From: Candidatus Bathyarchaeia archaeon
GTDB taxonomy: Archaea > Thermoproteota > Bathyarchaeia > Bathyarchaeales > Bathycorpusculaceae
Direction: 5' to 3'
DNA: 64,000 nt
Assembly (NCBI GenBank): GCA_038882975.1
Contig: JAVZNE010000006.1
Span: 17,544 to 81,543 of the forward strand
Part shown: in pieces, positions 46,383 to 55,332 of the stretch
Position numbering within the stretch: position 1 is the first letter of the stretch
Layout: every line of letters starts with the position of its first letter
Made by a program: the position numbers and the translations under genes
The notes under the pieces: generated by a model
Seen by the model: the letters and a program-made list of their open reading frames with translations, nothing else
Databases searched by the model: none
What the model was told of the DNA's origin: nothing

Positions 46383-47459
46383 TTGGACATAGAAACAAAA
46401 ATAGACCTAATTAAGAGACCACCAACTGAGGAGATTCTCGTCGAAAGCGAGTTAAGGGAGCTTCTCGAAACTAACCCGCATCCTGGGCATTATATCGGTT
46501 TTGAGATTTCAGGTTTGTTGCATCTTGGAAACTTGGTGATTTCAGGTTTTAAGATAAACGATTTGCTGAAGGCTGGTGTCCGATGCCAAGTCTATTTGGC
46601 GGATTGGCACAGTTTCATAAATAACAAATTCGGCGGAGACTGGAATAAAATCCTCCAAGCCACAAAATACTATGCCAAAGCCTTCCAATTCTTCTGCCCA
46701 GGCGCAAAAATTGTCATAGGCTCAGAACTCTACCACAACAACGATGAGTATTGGCGAAACCTGCTAAAATTTGCCAAGCACATGACATTAAGCCGCACAC
46801 TCCGCTGCCTAACCATAATGGGTCGAAGCGAAACCGAAAGGCTAGACTTGTCACAGTACTTCTACCCGCCAATGCAAGCCGTAGACATAAAAACCATAGG
46901 CGCCGACATACCCCACGGTGGAATGGACCAACGCAAAGCCCACGTGCTCGCTCGTGAAATTTTCCCAAAAATGGGCTGGAAAAAGCCTGTTGCATTACAC
47001 CATCACTTGCTCATGGGCATAGCAGAACCCACAAAACTCGAAACAAAGGATAAGCTGGAGCAGGTGATTGCCAGTAAAATGAGCAAGTCGAAGCCTTGGA
47101 CAGCCATATTCATCCACGACAACGAAGAGCAGATAAGGGCTAAGCTGAAAAGGGCATGGTGTCCAGAAAAACAGACGGAAATGAACCCAGTCTTAGAAAT
47201 AGTCAAATACGTAATATTCCATGAAACAAAAGCCTTCACCATAGAACGCCCATCCAAATATGGCGGCACAATAACCTTCGAAAACTACGAACAATTAGAA
47301 AAAGCCTACAGAAGCGGACAGCTTCACCCCCAAGACTTGAAAAACGCCGTTGCAAAAGAATTAGCTCGCATACTAGAGCCTATAAGGAGGTATTTCGAAA
47401 CAGACAAAGAGGCTAGGGAAAGCCTAGAAGTTGTGAAAAAGGCGGAAGTAACAAGGTAA
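46383..47459 (+). CDS. tyrS: Tyrosine--tRNA ligase
   Basis: YIGFEISGLLHLG, LADWH, YPPMQAVDI, GMDQRK, KMSKS, LHPQDLK. Confidence 0.96.
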   Translation: MDIETKIDLIKRPPTEEILVESELRELLETNPHPGHYIGFEISGLLHLGNLVISGFKINDLLKAGVRCQVYLADWHSFINNKFGGDWNKILQATKYYAKAFQFFCPGAKIVIGSELYHNNDEYWRNLLKFAKHMTLSRTLRCLTIMGRSETERLDLSQYFYPPMQAVDIKTIGADIPHGGMDQRKAHVLAREIFPKMGWKKPVALHHHLLMGIAEPTKLETKDKLEQVIASKMSKSKPWTAIFIHDNEEQIRAKLKRAWCPEKQTEMNPVLEIVKYVIFHETKAFTIERPSKYGGTITFENYEQLEKAYRSGQLHPQDLKNAVAKELARILEPIRRYFETDKEARESLEVVKKAEVTR

Positions 47460-47465
47460 AAGGAC

Positions 47466-47882
47466 TTGTCAACACGCCTAAAAGAGAAGGAAGAACAAAT
47501 CCTACAAGTTTTGGAGCAGCTGACCGAAGAAAACAAAAATGGAAAACCAATTCTTGTTGAAGGACAAAAAGACGCAGAAACCCTAAGAAATCTCGGCATA
47601 AGCGGACAAATAATATTCGCCAAAACCAGCGGAAAAAGCCTACTAGACGTAATCTCAGAAATCGAAAACGCAAAAACCAGCGAAATCATAATGCTCCTAG
47701 ACTTTGACAGAAGAGGCAGAGAACTAACAGAAAACCTAAGACGTCACATGGAAAAAGCAGGCATAAAGGCAAACACGCATTATTGGCTAAGGCTTTCCAG
47801 CCTAGTGGGAAGAGAAGTAAAAGACGTGGAAGGCTTAGCAAAATACATGAAAACATTAAAAAGAAAGATTGGCGATTCATAA
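47466..47882 (+). CDS. Small stand-alone TOPRIM-domain protein
   Basis: LVEGQKD, LLDFDRRG, KDVEGL. Confidence 0.88.
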   Translation: MSTRLKEKEEQILQVLEQLTEENKNGKPILVEGQKDAETLRNLGISGQIIFAKTSGKSLLDVISEIENAKTSEIIMLLDFDRRGRELTENLRRHMEKAGIKANTHYWLRLSSLVGREVKDVEGLAKYMKTLKRKIGDS

Positions 47883-47978
47883 AGGTAATATATATCGAAA
47901 ATCTTATTAACTAATCTCAGTGTTGAGAGGCACAGTTCTCTCATCACAATAATTAGGCTAATAAGGCATAAATCATGA

Positions 47979-49139
47979 ATGGAGGTGACGCTTACGGGTT
48001 CATCACAAACCCTTACAGTAAAGTATGTAATACGCGCAAAATTCGAAATAGAAGGCGTGGTTGAAAAACCAGACGTTATAGGAGCAGTTTTCGGACAAAC
48101 AGAAGGCCTCTTCGGACCAGAACTAGACCTAAGAGAACTACAAAAATCTGGTAGAATAGGTAGAATAGAAATCGAGCTTCACTCGAAAAACGACAGAACC
48201 ACCGGAACCATCACAATTCCAACAAGCCTCGACCGCGTTTCAACAGCCCTTCTGGCAGCCAGCATAGAAAGCATAAACCGTGTTGGACCATGTGCGGCGA
48301 AAGTAACCCTTGAAAAAATTGAGGATGTTAGGGAAGCCCGCAGAAAAGCCATAATCGACAGAGCAAAAGAGATCCTCCACAAGTGGACTATTGAGGCTAT
48401 GCCAACTGTGGATGAGGTTTTCAAGGAGTTGGCTGAAACCCTAAAAGTGGCGAAAGTTGAAAAATACGGTCCAGAGGAGCTTTCAGCCGGACCAGAAATC
48501 GACAGCGCCAAAGAGATAATCCTCGTTGAAGGGAGAGCCGACGTCATAAACCTGCTGCGTTGCGGAATCCACAATGTCATAGCACTTGAAGGCGCAAAAG
48601 TCCCAGAAACAATAAAGAAACTATGCAAAGAAAAGGAGGCAACAGCCTTCCTAGACGGAGACCGCGGCGGAGACCTAATCCTGAAAGAACTATTGCAAGT
48701 CACCAACGTGAAATATGTGGCTAGAGCCCCCAGGGGAAAAGAGGTTGAAGAGCTCAACTGCAAGGAAATCTTCGAGGCTTTAGAAGCCAAAGTCACTGTT
48801 GAGGAGCTTTTCAAACCAACAAAACGGGAAAAACGTCGTGTGGAACTGCCAAAAGAGGTTGTTCAAATAGCCAAGGAACTAGATGGCACCTTTGAGGCGG
48901 TTCTCCTAAACGAAAAGCTAGAGCCTATAGAAAGGCTTCCAGTAAGCCAACTAGCCGAAAAACTCCAGCAAACCAGCGGCGTAGACACCATAGTCTTTGA
49001 CGGCATAATAACCCAGAGGATAGTAGACATAGCCAGCGAGAAAAACATAAAAAACATAGTAGCTTCTCGCATTTCAGAAGCCGTAAAGCCGCCACTAAAC
49101 GTGCAGCTTATAACCTTCTCCGAAATATTCGAAGGCTAG
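47979..49139 (+). CDS. dnaG: Archaeal DnaG (TOPRIM, exosome-associated); start may be ACG 47994
   Basis: GVVEKPDVIGAVFGQTEGL, ELQKSGRIGRI, VEGRADV, DGDRGG, FDGIITQR. Confidence 0.95.
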   Translation: MEVTLTGSSQTLTVKYVIRAKFEIEGVVEKPDVIGAVFGQTEGLFGPELDLRELQKSGRIGRIEIELHSKNDRTTGTITIPTSLDRVSTALLAASIESINRVGPCAAKVTLEKIEDVREARRKAIIDRAKEILHKWTIEAMPTVDEVFKELAETLKVAKVEKYGPEELSAGPEIDSAKEIILVEGRADVINLLRCGIHNVIALEGAKVPETIKKLCKEKEATAFLDGDRGGDLILKELLQVTNVKYVARAPRGKEVEELNCKEIFEALEAKVTVEELFKPTKREKRRVELPKEVVQIAKELDGTFEAVLLNEKLEPIERLPVSQLAEKLQQTSGVDTIVFDGIITQRIVDIASEKNIKNIVASRISEAVKPPLNVQLITFSEIFEG

Positions 49140-51526
49140 AAAAAATCTGTGAGCCTCCTAGTCTCCCTTTCCTTATCACTAGCCTTAGCCGTTAACAGCT
49201 GCTCTTCAGTTATGCCAAAACACTCGAGGACTCTGGCGGCTGCCGGCACAACCTGGTTAGCCACGTAATATTCTATGTCCACCTCGTCATAGGAGGCAAA
49301 CATGTAGGGCTTAACCCTCTCATATAGGCGTCCAGTCCCAGCAACAACAACATAGCCAACCTTGTCGCCCATGGCAAGCTTCCAACCCTTCTCCATCAAC
49401 ATTTTGGCAGCCTCAACATGAGGTGTCTTAACGGCGTATTCCTCAACAGGCTTCGTCAAAGTCTTCCAAATAATTAGGTCGCGGTATGGAACACGTCTCT
49501 GCCTCAGCTCATAAATGAACTGTTGGGTGAATCTTGCAGCTTTCTGCGGCGACTGCTCCTTCAAAATTATCTCCAAAACTTTTTCCTGAACTTTTTTGGC
49601 CACAACAGCCCAGTCGCCACGAATAACCTCCAAACCCACAATATCCAAACGTCCATCAGGAAGAAGCCCAGCATAGCGCTTCTTGGCTTCAGTAAAGAAT
49701 ATGCGCGTATAAATCTTGTCAGGCTTGATTTCCAAGCCGAGTTTCTCATAGATTTTTGCGGCAAGCCGCTCAACCTTTTCCGGCGCATACTTTATGAAGA
49801 TGCTGTCAGTATCACCATAAACAACCGTTAAGCCCTCCTCCTCAGCCATCTTAATAGCCGTTAAAATCGTGTGTCTGCCCCAAGCAGTGGCAGCCTCGGC
49901 AACAGGCTTAATGTACCATCTTGCACCAATCCAGCCTGCATAACCATAAGAAGCGTTAGTAATAACCTTAATAGCCTTCTGTCTAGCGTCTAAAACGCGG
50001 TATTCAACGCTGTCTGGTGGACATTTCTTCATTTTAGAGCGAACCTCATTTCTGACGCTAATTAGATGCGACAGAACCTCCTTGTAAAAGCCCGGAGGCT
50101 CCTTCCTAAATCGATGCTTGACTTCTGGGGCTTCATAAACGCCGCTTGGTGGAATTGTCTCTTTAGGAGCTACATAAGTGTCCGGAGAAAGGTTGTATGT
50201 TATCATGAGGTTTGGGTACATGGCCGCAAAGTCCAAAACGGCGATGTTCTCATGCAAGCCAGGCTTGGGGCTGAGCACTATGGCACCCGCATAAGGTCTA
50301 TAGGGCTGCTCAACCCTCTTTGGAACAAGCTCGCCGATTTTGTAGGCGTGCTTAATTAGGAACCACTCAACCCGGAAACCCACAGCGGCTGTTCCAACAT
50401 GGTCAAGGGGCAAACTCACAAGGCTTGAAAGCTGCATGGCAAAATCTAAAATTGCGTTAGCTATGCCCATAATGCAGCTGGTGTTCTCCATGGAAAACTT
50501 CTTCAAGATTTCACGCTTCGCCTTGTCATCCCAGTAATCGGCGAAATCTACATCCTCAATCAAAACGCGTTCTTCAATCTTCATAACCCCTAAATAATCC
50601 GCCAAATTCTCCAAAGTCTTAACCTTAACATCTGGAAACTCATCTGCAAAATCAAAAATGTCAACGTTCGCCCTCCCGGTAATTGAGACATGCCCATAAA
50701 CGCTCGTGTGCGGCTCAGTTTTAGCCCTATCAATGGATAAGCGCAAACCAAGCCTCTTACAACGCTCATTAAGGTAAGCCCAATCCTGCCTATTAACCCC
50801 ATAACCAACAATAACGTCAGGGTCAAAACTCCGTACATAATCTATAAAAGCCTCAAGAACAGGCTTGTCATCCCTATCATCACCAGCAACAAACTGCCTC
50901 TCCTCACCGCTATTGGTCGCAGCTGAAATAATAACAACGGGGTTTCTATCAGGCTTCGGCGCCCCCTCATGACTATAACAGATTACTGAGAAACCTAAAA
51001 TTCTCAAGTTTGGCACCTCTGCCCTTTCAACAAATTTTGGAGGAGATGCAGCCACATAAACGTGGTCCACTTGCAAATCCATGTTTTTTACTTCTTCGGC
51101 AACCTCAACTTCATGCCAGCCGCACGGAACAACACCATTGTCAATTAAATAGCGCATAGAATAACGAATATCATCTTCAAAACACTCCTTAACACCGTCA
51201 ATTTTCCTAAAGGCCCTAGCATACTTCGCCATAACATCCGGGTCTCGACAATAAACTTTCAAGGCTTTAACAGGCTTGCCGAAAAACTTCCTTTCAACAA
51301 CCTCAACTTCAGCAATTAATGGAAACTCCACCTTTCTAGACTTGATTTCCCCGGCAACCCCCGCTGGGTCAAAACCATCCTCAACAACAGCATAAAAATA
51401 CGAAAGAAAACCCCTATCAATCACTAACACTCTACTCCCGGAAGAATCCACACCCCAAAGCCACACCTCAGGCTCATGAGCCTCAACCTCATAATTCACA
51501 TCCAACAACCAAAACAGAACCTTCAT
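49136..51526 (-). CDS. polB: Family B DNA polymerase (PolB3-like) with degenerate 3'-5' exonuclease motifs
   Basis: DFAAMYP, K...NASYGY, YGDTDS, KKRYAG intact; C-terminal PIP box LTDFF; start set at MKVLFWLLD because the upstream extension overlaps tRNA-Arg. Confidence 0.93.
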   Translation of the reverse strand: MKVLFWLLDVNYEVEAHEPEVWLWGVDSSGSRVLVIDRGFLSYFYAVVEDGFDPAGVAGEIKSRKVEFPLIAEVEVVERKFFGKPVKALKVYCRDPDVMAKYARAFRKIDGVKECFEDDIRYSMRYLIDNGVVPCGWHEVEVAEEVKNMDLQVDHVYVAASPPKFVERAEVPNLRILGFSVICYSHEGAPKPDRNPVVIISAATNSGEERQFVAGDDRDDKPVLEAFIDYVRSFDPDVIVGYGVNRQDWAYLNERCKRLGLRLSIDRAKTEPHTSVYGHVSITGRANVDIFDFADEFPDVKVKTLENLADYLGVMKIEERVLIEDVDFADYWDDKAKREILKKFSMENTSCIMGIANAILDFAMQLSSLVSLPLDHVGTAAVGFRVEWFLIKHAYKIGELVPKRVEQPYRPYAGAIVLSPKPGLHENIAVLDFAAMYPNLMITYNLSPDTYVAPKETIPPSGVYEAPEVKHRFRKEPPGFYKEVLSHLISVRNEVRSKMKKCPPDSVEYRVLDARQKAIKVITNASYGYAGWIGARWYIKPVAEAATAWGRHTILTAIKMAEEEGLTVVYGDTDSIFIKYAPEKVERLAAKIYEKLGLEIKPDKIYTRIFFTEAKKRYAGLLPDGRLDIVGLEVIRGDWAVVAKKVQEKVLEIILKEQSPQKAARFTQQFIYELRQRRVPYRDLIIWKTLTKPVEEYAVKTPHVEAAKMLMEKGWKLAMGDKVGYVVVAGTGRLYERVKPYMFASYDEVDIEYYVANQVVPAAARVLECFGITEEQLLTAKASDKERETRRLTDFF

Positions 51527-51585
51527 ACACACCAGCCCACACAATTTAGGTTTCCACAAGCCGTTTAAATAAAGTTTCCATAAAG

Positions 51586-51687
51586 TGGCGGGTCCGCCGG
51601 GATTTGAACCCGGGATCTCCGGCTTAGAAGGCCGACGCGCTCTTTGGAACAAGCATTAACGCCTTGTCCAAGCTGCGCCACGGACCC
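51586..51687 (-). tRNA. trnR: tRNA-Arg(TCT) with 24-nt D-loop intron (51642-51665) and encoded CCA
   Basis: GGGTCCG/CGGACCC acceptor, TCGGC-CTTCTAA-GCCGG, CCGGG-TTCAAAT-CCCGG; BHB GC-TTGG-ACA / CCAA-AGA-GC. Confidence 0.93.
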
Positions 51688-51741
51688 TTCCGCTGATTTT
51701 CATAAGAAAAGTGTTGAAGATATAGTTTTATCTTTTGAGAG

Positions 51742-54654
51742 TCATTCGATGTATATTGCTGGTCGCCGTGGCTTCGCCATTTTCGCCCTATTTTTGGGGT
51801 CATAGAGCTCTGCGTCTTCCTCCTTTTGTATGGTTATTTCTGCGTTGACTTCAGCTTTCAAGAATTCTTTTGCCTCTTCTAGTATTTTGGCTTCATCTAC
51901 GTATCCAACAAGCATCAGTCTTTCCTTTCTCTCTTGGGGCATCCTATTAACTTCTTCAATGATTTTGCCCATAAAATCGGCTATTTCCCTAGCTCTACCT
52001 TTCAAATCCGCATCTTTTAATAGCTCTCTAATTAGGCTGCCTTGTTCAAGCTTTCCCTCCATGGATTTTTCGACAGCCTTTAAGTATGCTTTCCACTTCC
52101 ACTTAGACGCCGTATAATAGAACACTTTTTTAGGTGTTATACCCGTTGCCCTCGTAATGTGCAATGTATCCTCAAGTAATGTTGTTATTAATGCTTCGCT
52201 TTCCTCGGCTTTAACATCAACTTTTGTCTCATCCGGTTTTGGCCATTGTGCCAAGGAGGCGAATCCTTCTCCACCTATCTTTTCCCATAACTCCTCGCAT
52301 GTGTGCGGCGCGAAAGGCGTAAGCATCAATATTTGATTTTCCAGGGCTTCTCTTAGTACGTAGGCTGTGGCGGTCTTCAGCGTTGTCTTTGCGCGTTTCT
52401 GGTACCATTGAAGGTCTTGGTCCAGTTCAAATAGGATTGTGTGGATTGCTTTACGTACTGCAAGTTTTTCCATAGCGTCCGTTGCCCTTTTTATGTGTTC
52501 TTGCAAGCGGCTTAACATCCACCTGTCAATGGCTGTCAGCTCCTCCTTTGACGGCTGAACCTTTTGGCTTACTTCAGCCTTGACGGTTTCTACAAGTCTA
52601 TAAAGTCGCTCAAGCCTATCACGCATTGCCTTTGCAACAGCTGGGCTGAAGTCTGCATCCTGTAAAAGTTCTGCTGTTGCTAACACGCTTAGCCTTATTG
52701 GGTCTGCGCCGAAAGTTTTTAAGCCTTCCCTTAAGGGTATTATATTGCCGAAGGACTTGCTCATTTTAGCCCCCTGCATGGTGACAAGCCCGTTTGTCAC
52801 TATTTGCCGCGGCCAGAGATTTTCTGGGAATATTGCCGTATGGTTGAATACCATGAATGTTAGGTGGTTTGGGATTAGCTCGTGGGCTGAATGCCGACTA
52901 TCAAGGGGATAAAAGTATAGGAACTCCTGCCGCATGTCTTTCAGAACAGCAAGGTCTATTCCTGACTCCTTCGCTATTTCTTCGGGGTTTCCAATTCCAA
53001 GGAATATATAGTCGAAAACTTTGTCTGTCAGCTGGTTTGACTGGATTTTATGCTCTTTTATGTGGTGGACTATGGTGTAATACGCCATATATATCGTCGA
53101 GTCTGATAGGGACTCTATAATCCATTCAGGGTCCCATGGCAGTCGCGTCCCTAATCCTGACTTTCTTGCACAGGCTTTTTCATGAAGCCAGTCTATCACA
53201 TACTCGTATTCTGCGCGGAGCTCTTCTGGCAGTATCCTCATTTTCTTTAGGCATTTGTGGGCTAGGGCTTTCCATTCGGGGTTTCCATAGTTTATAAACC
53301 ACTGGTTTTCGAAGATTTTCACGATGCATTCTGTTCCGCAGCGGCACCACACCGGTCTGTTTAGGAGCTCATACATTATTGTGGCTTTTCCAGCGGCTAG
53401 CAAGTCCTGCTTAACTTTTTCTTTGGCTTCCGCCACTGACAAGCCAGCGTACTTTCCAGTGTTGCTCTTCATTTTGCCGTTGTGGAACTCATGTCTATAA
53501 ACCTCTTTTGTGGCGTCTTCAAGTTTTGGGTCTGTCTGCTCCTTTATGCCCATCCTTTTTACAACATCTGCTGCTGGAATCTCGGAATACTGAGGAACTT
53601 CGATTATGGAAATGGCGTTTATGGCTTTCACGGCATCTTCAGTCAATCCATATTCCACAAGCTTCCACGACTCGCTTTTTATGTTTTCTAAGGCTACATA
53701 GTCGTATGGTGCATGTCCAGGCACAGACATTACCACACCCGTCGCATTTTTAGGGTCAACGAATTCTGCGGGTAAAATGTAGATTTCCTCGTTTGTTGCT
53801 GGATTTTCAACCCGTTTTCCTACAAGCATCTTTCCTTCGAAACTTTCAAGCATGGTCACTTTGTGGTTTTGGTATGTTAGCTTTTCAGCACATTCTTCGC
53901 TAACTATCCATTTTTCGCCGTCGACAACGGCTTTAACGTACTTTGCCTTTGGGTTAAGCCAAATGTTTGTAACGCCGAAGACCGTTTCTGGACGCAGCGT
54001 AGCCGTTGGAAGAACCCATTCGCCGTGCCTAAACTTTATGAGTGTAAACTCGCCTATTTCTGGCTCCACATCGCCCTGTGTGTCATGTTGCCCAACAGGG
54101 TTGCCGTCTTTTGGACACCAGCCTACCGGGTGGCTTCCACGGGTTATGTAGCCCTTTTCGCAGAGTTTGTGGAACTGCCATTCTATGAAGCGATTGTAAT
54201 GGGGGTCTATGGTTGTGAACTCCCGCCTCCAGTCTATTGAGTAGCCAATCCTTTTCATGCCTTCCTTGATTTCTTCGTGGAAGTAGCGAGCCATAGCAAG
54301 CGGATCCGTCAACTCTTTCAGTTTTTCCCTAGGAACCTTGTAGACGTCTACGAAGTCGCTGATCAAATCTTCATCGTTTTCTGCTAGGCGCCTAGCCATG
54401 GCTAGGACTGGCGTTCCAGTGTAATGAAAAGCCATTGGCAAAAGCACATTAAAGCCTTGCATCCGCATGTATCTGGCGTAAACATCAGCCAATGTGTAGG
54501 TTCGCGCGTGGCCTATGTGCTGCGGAGAATTCGGATAAGGGTAGGCCACTGTTATGAAGAATTTTGGTTTCTTTGAGTCTGGGTTTGCCTCAAAGATTTT
54601 TGCTTTTTCCCAGCGTTTCTGCCATTTCTCCTCGATTCGCCTTAAAATTTCCAT
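51742..54654 (-). CDS. leuS: Leucine--tRNA ligase (archaeal type)
   Basis: YPYPN..HIGH, TLRPET, TGVVMSVPGHAPYD editing domain, ESLSDSTIY, KMSKS. Confidence 0.96.
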   Translation of the reverse strand: MEILRRIEEKWQKRWEKAKIFEANPDSKKPKFFITVAYPYPNSPQHIGHARTYTLADVYARYMRMQGFNVLLPMAFHYTGTPVLAMARRLAENDEDLISDFVDVYKVPREKLKELTDPLAMARYFHEEIKEGMKRIGYSIDWRREFTTIDPHYNRFIEWQFHKLCEKGYITRGSHPVGWCPKDGNPVGQHDTQGDVEPEIGEFTLIKFRHGEWVLPTATLRPETVFGVTNIWLNPKAKYVKAVVDGEKWIVSEECAEKLTYQNHKVTMLESFEGKMLVGKRVENPATNEEIYILPAEFVDPKNATGVVMSVPGHAPYDYVALENIKSESWKLVEYGLTEDAVKAINAISIIEVPQYSEIPAADVVKRMGIKEQTDPKLEDATKEVYRHEFHNGKMKSNTGKYAGLSVAEAKEKVKQDLLAAGKATIMYELLNRPVWCRCGTECIVKIFENQWFINYGNPEWKALAHKCLKKMRILPEELRAEYEYVIDWLHEKACARKSGLGTRLPWDPEWIIESLSDSTIYMAYYTIVHHIKEHKIQSNQLTDKVFDYIFLGIGNPEEIAKESGIDLAVLKDMRQEFLYFYPLDSRHSAHELIPNHLTFMVFNHTAIFPENLWPRQIVTNGLVTMQGAKMSKSFGNIIPLREGLKTFGADPIRLSVLATAELLQDADFSPAVAKAMRDRLERLYRLVETVKAEVSQKVQPSKEELTAIDRWMLSRLQEHIKRATDAMEKLAVRKAIHTILFELDQDLQWYQKRAKTTLKTATAYVLREALENQILMLTPFAPHTCEELWEKIGGEGFASLAQWPKPDETKVDVKAEESEALITTLLEDTLHITRATGITPKKVFYYTASKWKWKAYLKAVEKSMEGKLEQGSLIRELLKDADLKGRAREIADFMGKIIEEVNRMPQERKERLMLVGYVDEAKILEEAKEFLKAEVNAEITIQKEEDAELYDPKNRAKMAKPRRPAIYIE

Positions 54655-54838
54655 AAAACTTTCTGAGCTGTTTTGAGGGATATTAAAGGTTTTGTTTTCA
54701 CGAGAGAACATAATCCCTCATATTTACACCGACAAAACAAATGCGGAACTCAGATTAAACCTTTACTACTTTTCAGTAAATGCGAGGCTGGTTTAGCGTC
54801 TCAGCTTTCAAATTTTAGTGGCTGTTTTCTTTTCAATT

Positions 54839-55255
54839 TTAGGCTTGACTAAATTTTCTTATCAGTATTTCCCGCATTCTCTCAATTGTTGCTCTATCTT
54901 CCCATGCTACTCTTTTGGTTTCCAACTCCTTGGCGGCCTCTATGCTGCGGTTATATTCGTCTATGGCTTTATTTGTCTGGTTTATAACGTGTTCAACCCA
55001 GTCAAGTTTTTCCTTAAAATCATTTTCCGTTGTTATGAGCCTTATTTTGTCGCCTATAACGAAGAGTTTTCTATCCCATAGGTGTCTGCTTGATTTCCAT
55101 TCCCGTTCAAAAATGTCCTGCCAAATGTGGTCTGGGATGGTTTCTAGTGGTAAGTCCACTATGTAGGCGTCGTGGAAGTAGCGGTCTCTTTCGATTGATA
55201 TTTTTCTTGTGTCAAAAGGTTTCAAAAGGTTTACTTTTTTGGCTTTTTCACTCAT
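54839..55255 (-). CDS. Hypothetical soluble protein with C-terminal coiled coil
   Basis: Open frame with charged, protein-like composition; TATA-like sequence upstream. Confidence 0.6.
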   Translation of the reverse strand: MSEKAKKVNLLKPFDTRKISIERDRYFHDAYIVDLPLETIPDHIWQDIFEREWKSSRHLWDRKLFVIGDKIRLITTENDFKEKLDWVEHVINQTNKAIDEYNRSIEAAKELETKRVAWEDRATIERMREILIRKFSQA

Positions 55256-55332
55256 ACATACGCCCAATATAGAGTATGGGTTTTGCGCTTTTAATTGTTG
55301 TTGTCAAGGATAGAGTAACCGAGAATTAAACC

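Noticed and set aside
45829-46398. ORFs 45829..46398(-), 45832..46086(+), 46094..46300(+)
   Set aside because: No protein motifs; they overlap the structured RNA and promoter-like DNA.
51527-51652. N-terminal extension of PolB in the ORF track
   Set aside because: It runs through the tRNA-Arg gene; the real start is more likely ATG 51526.
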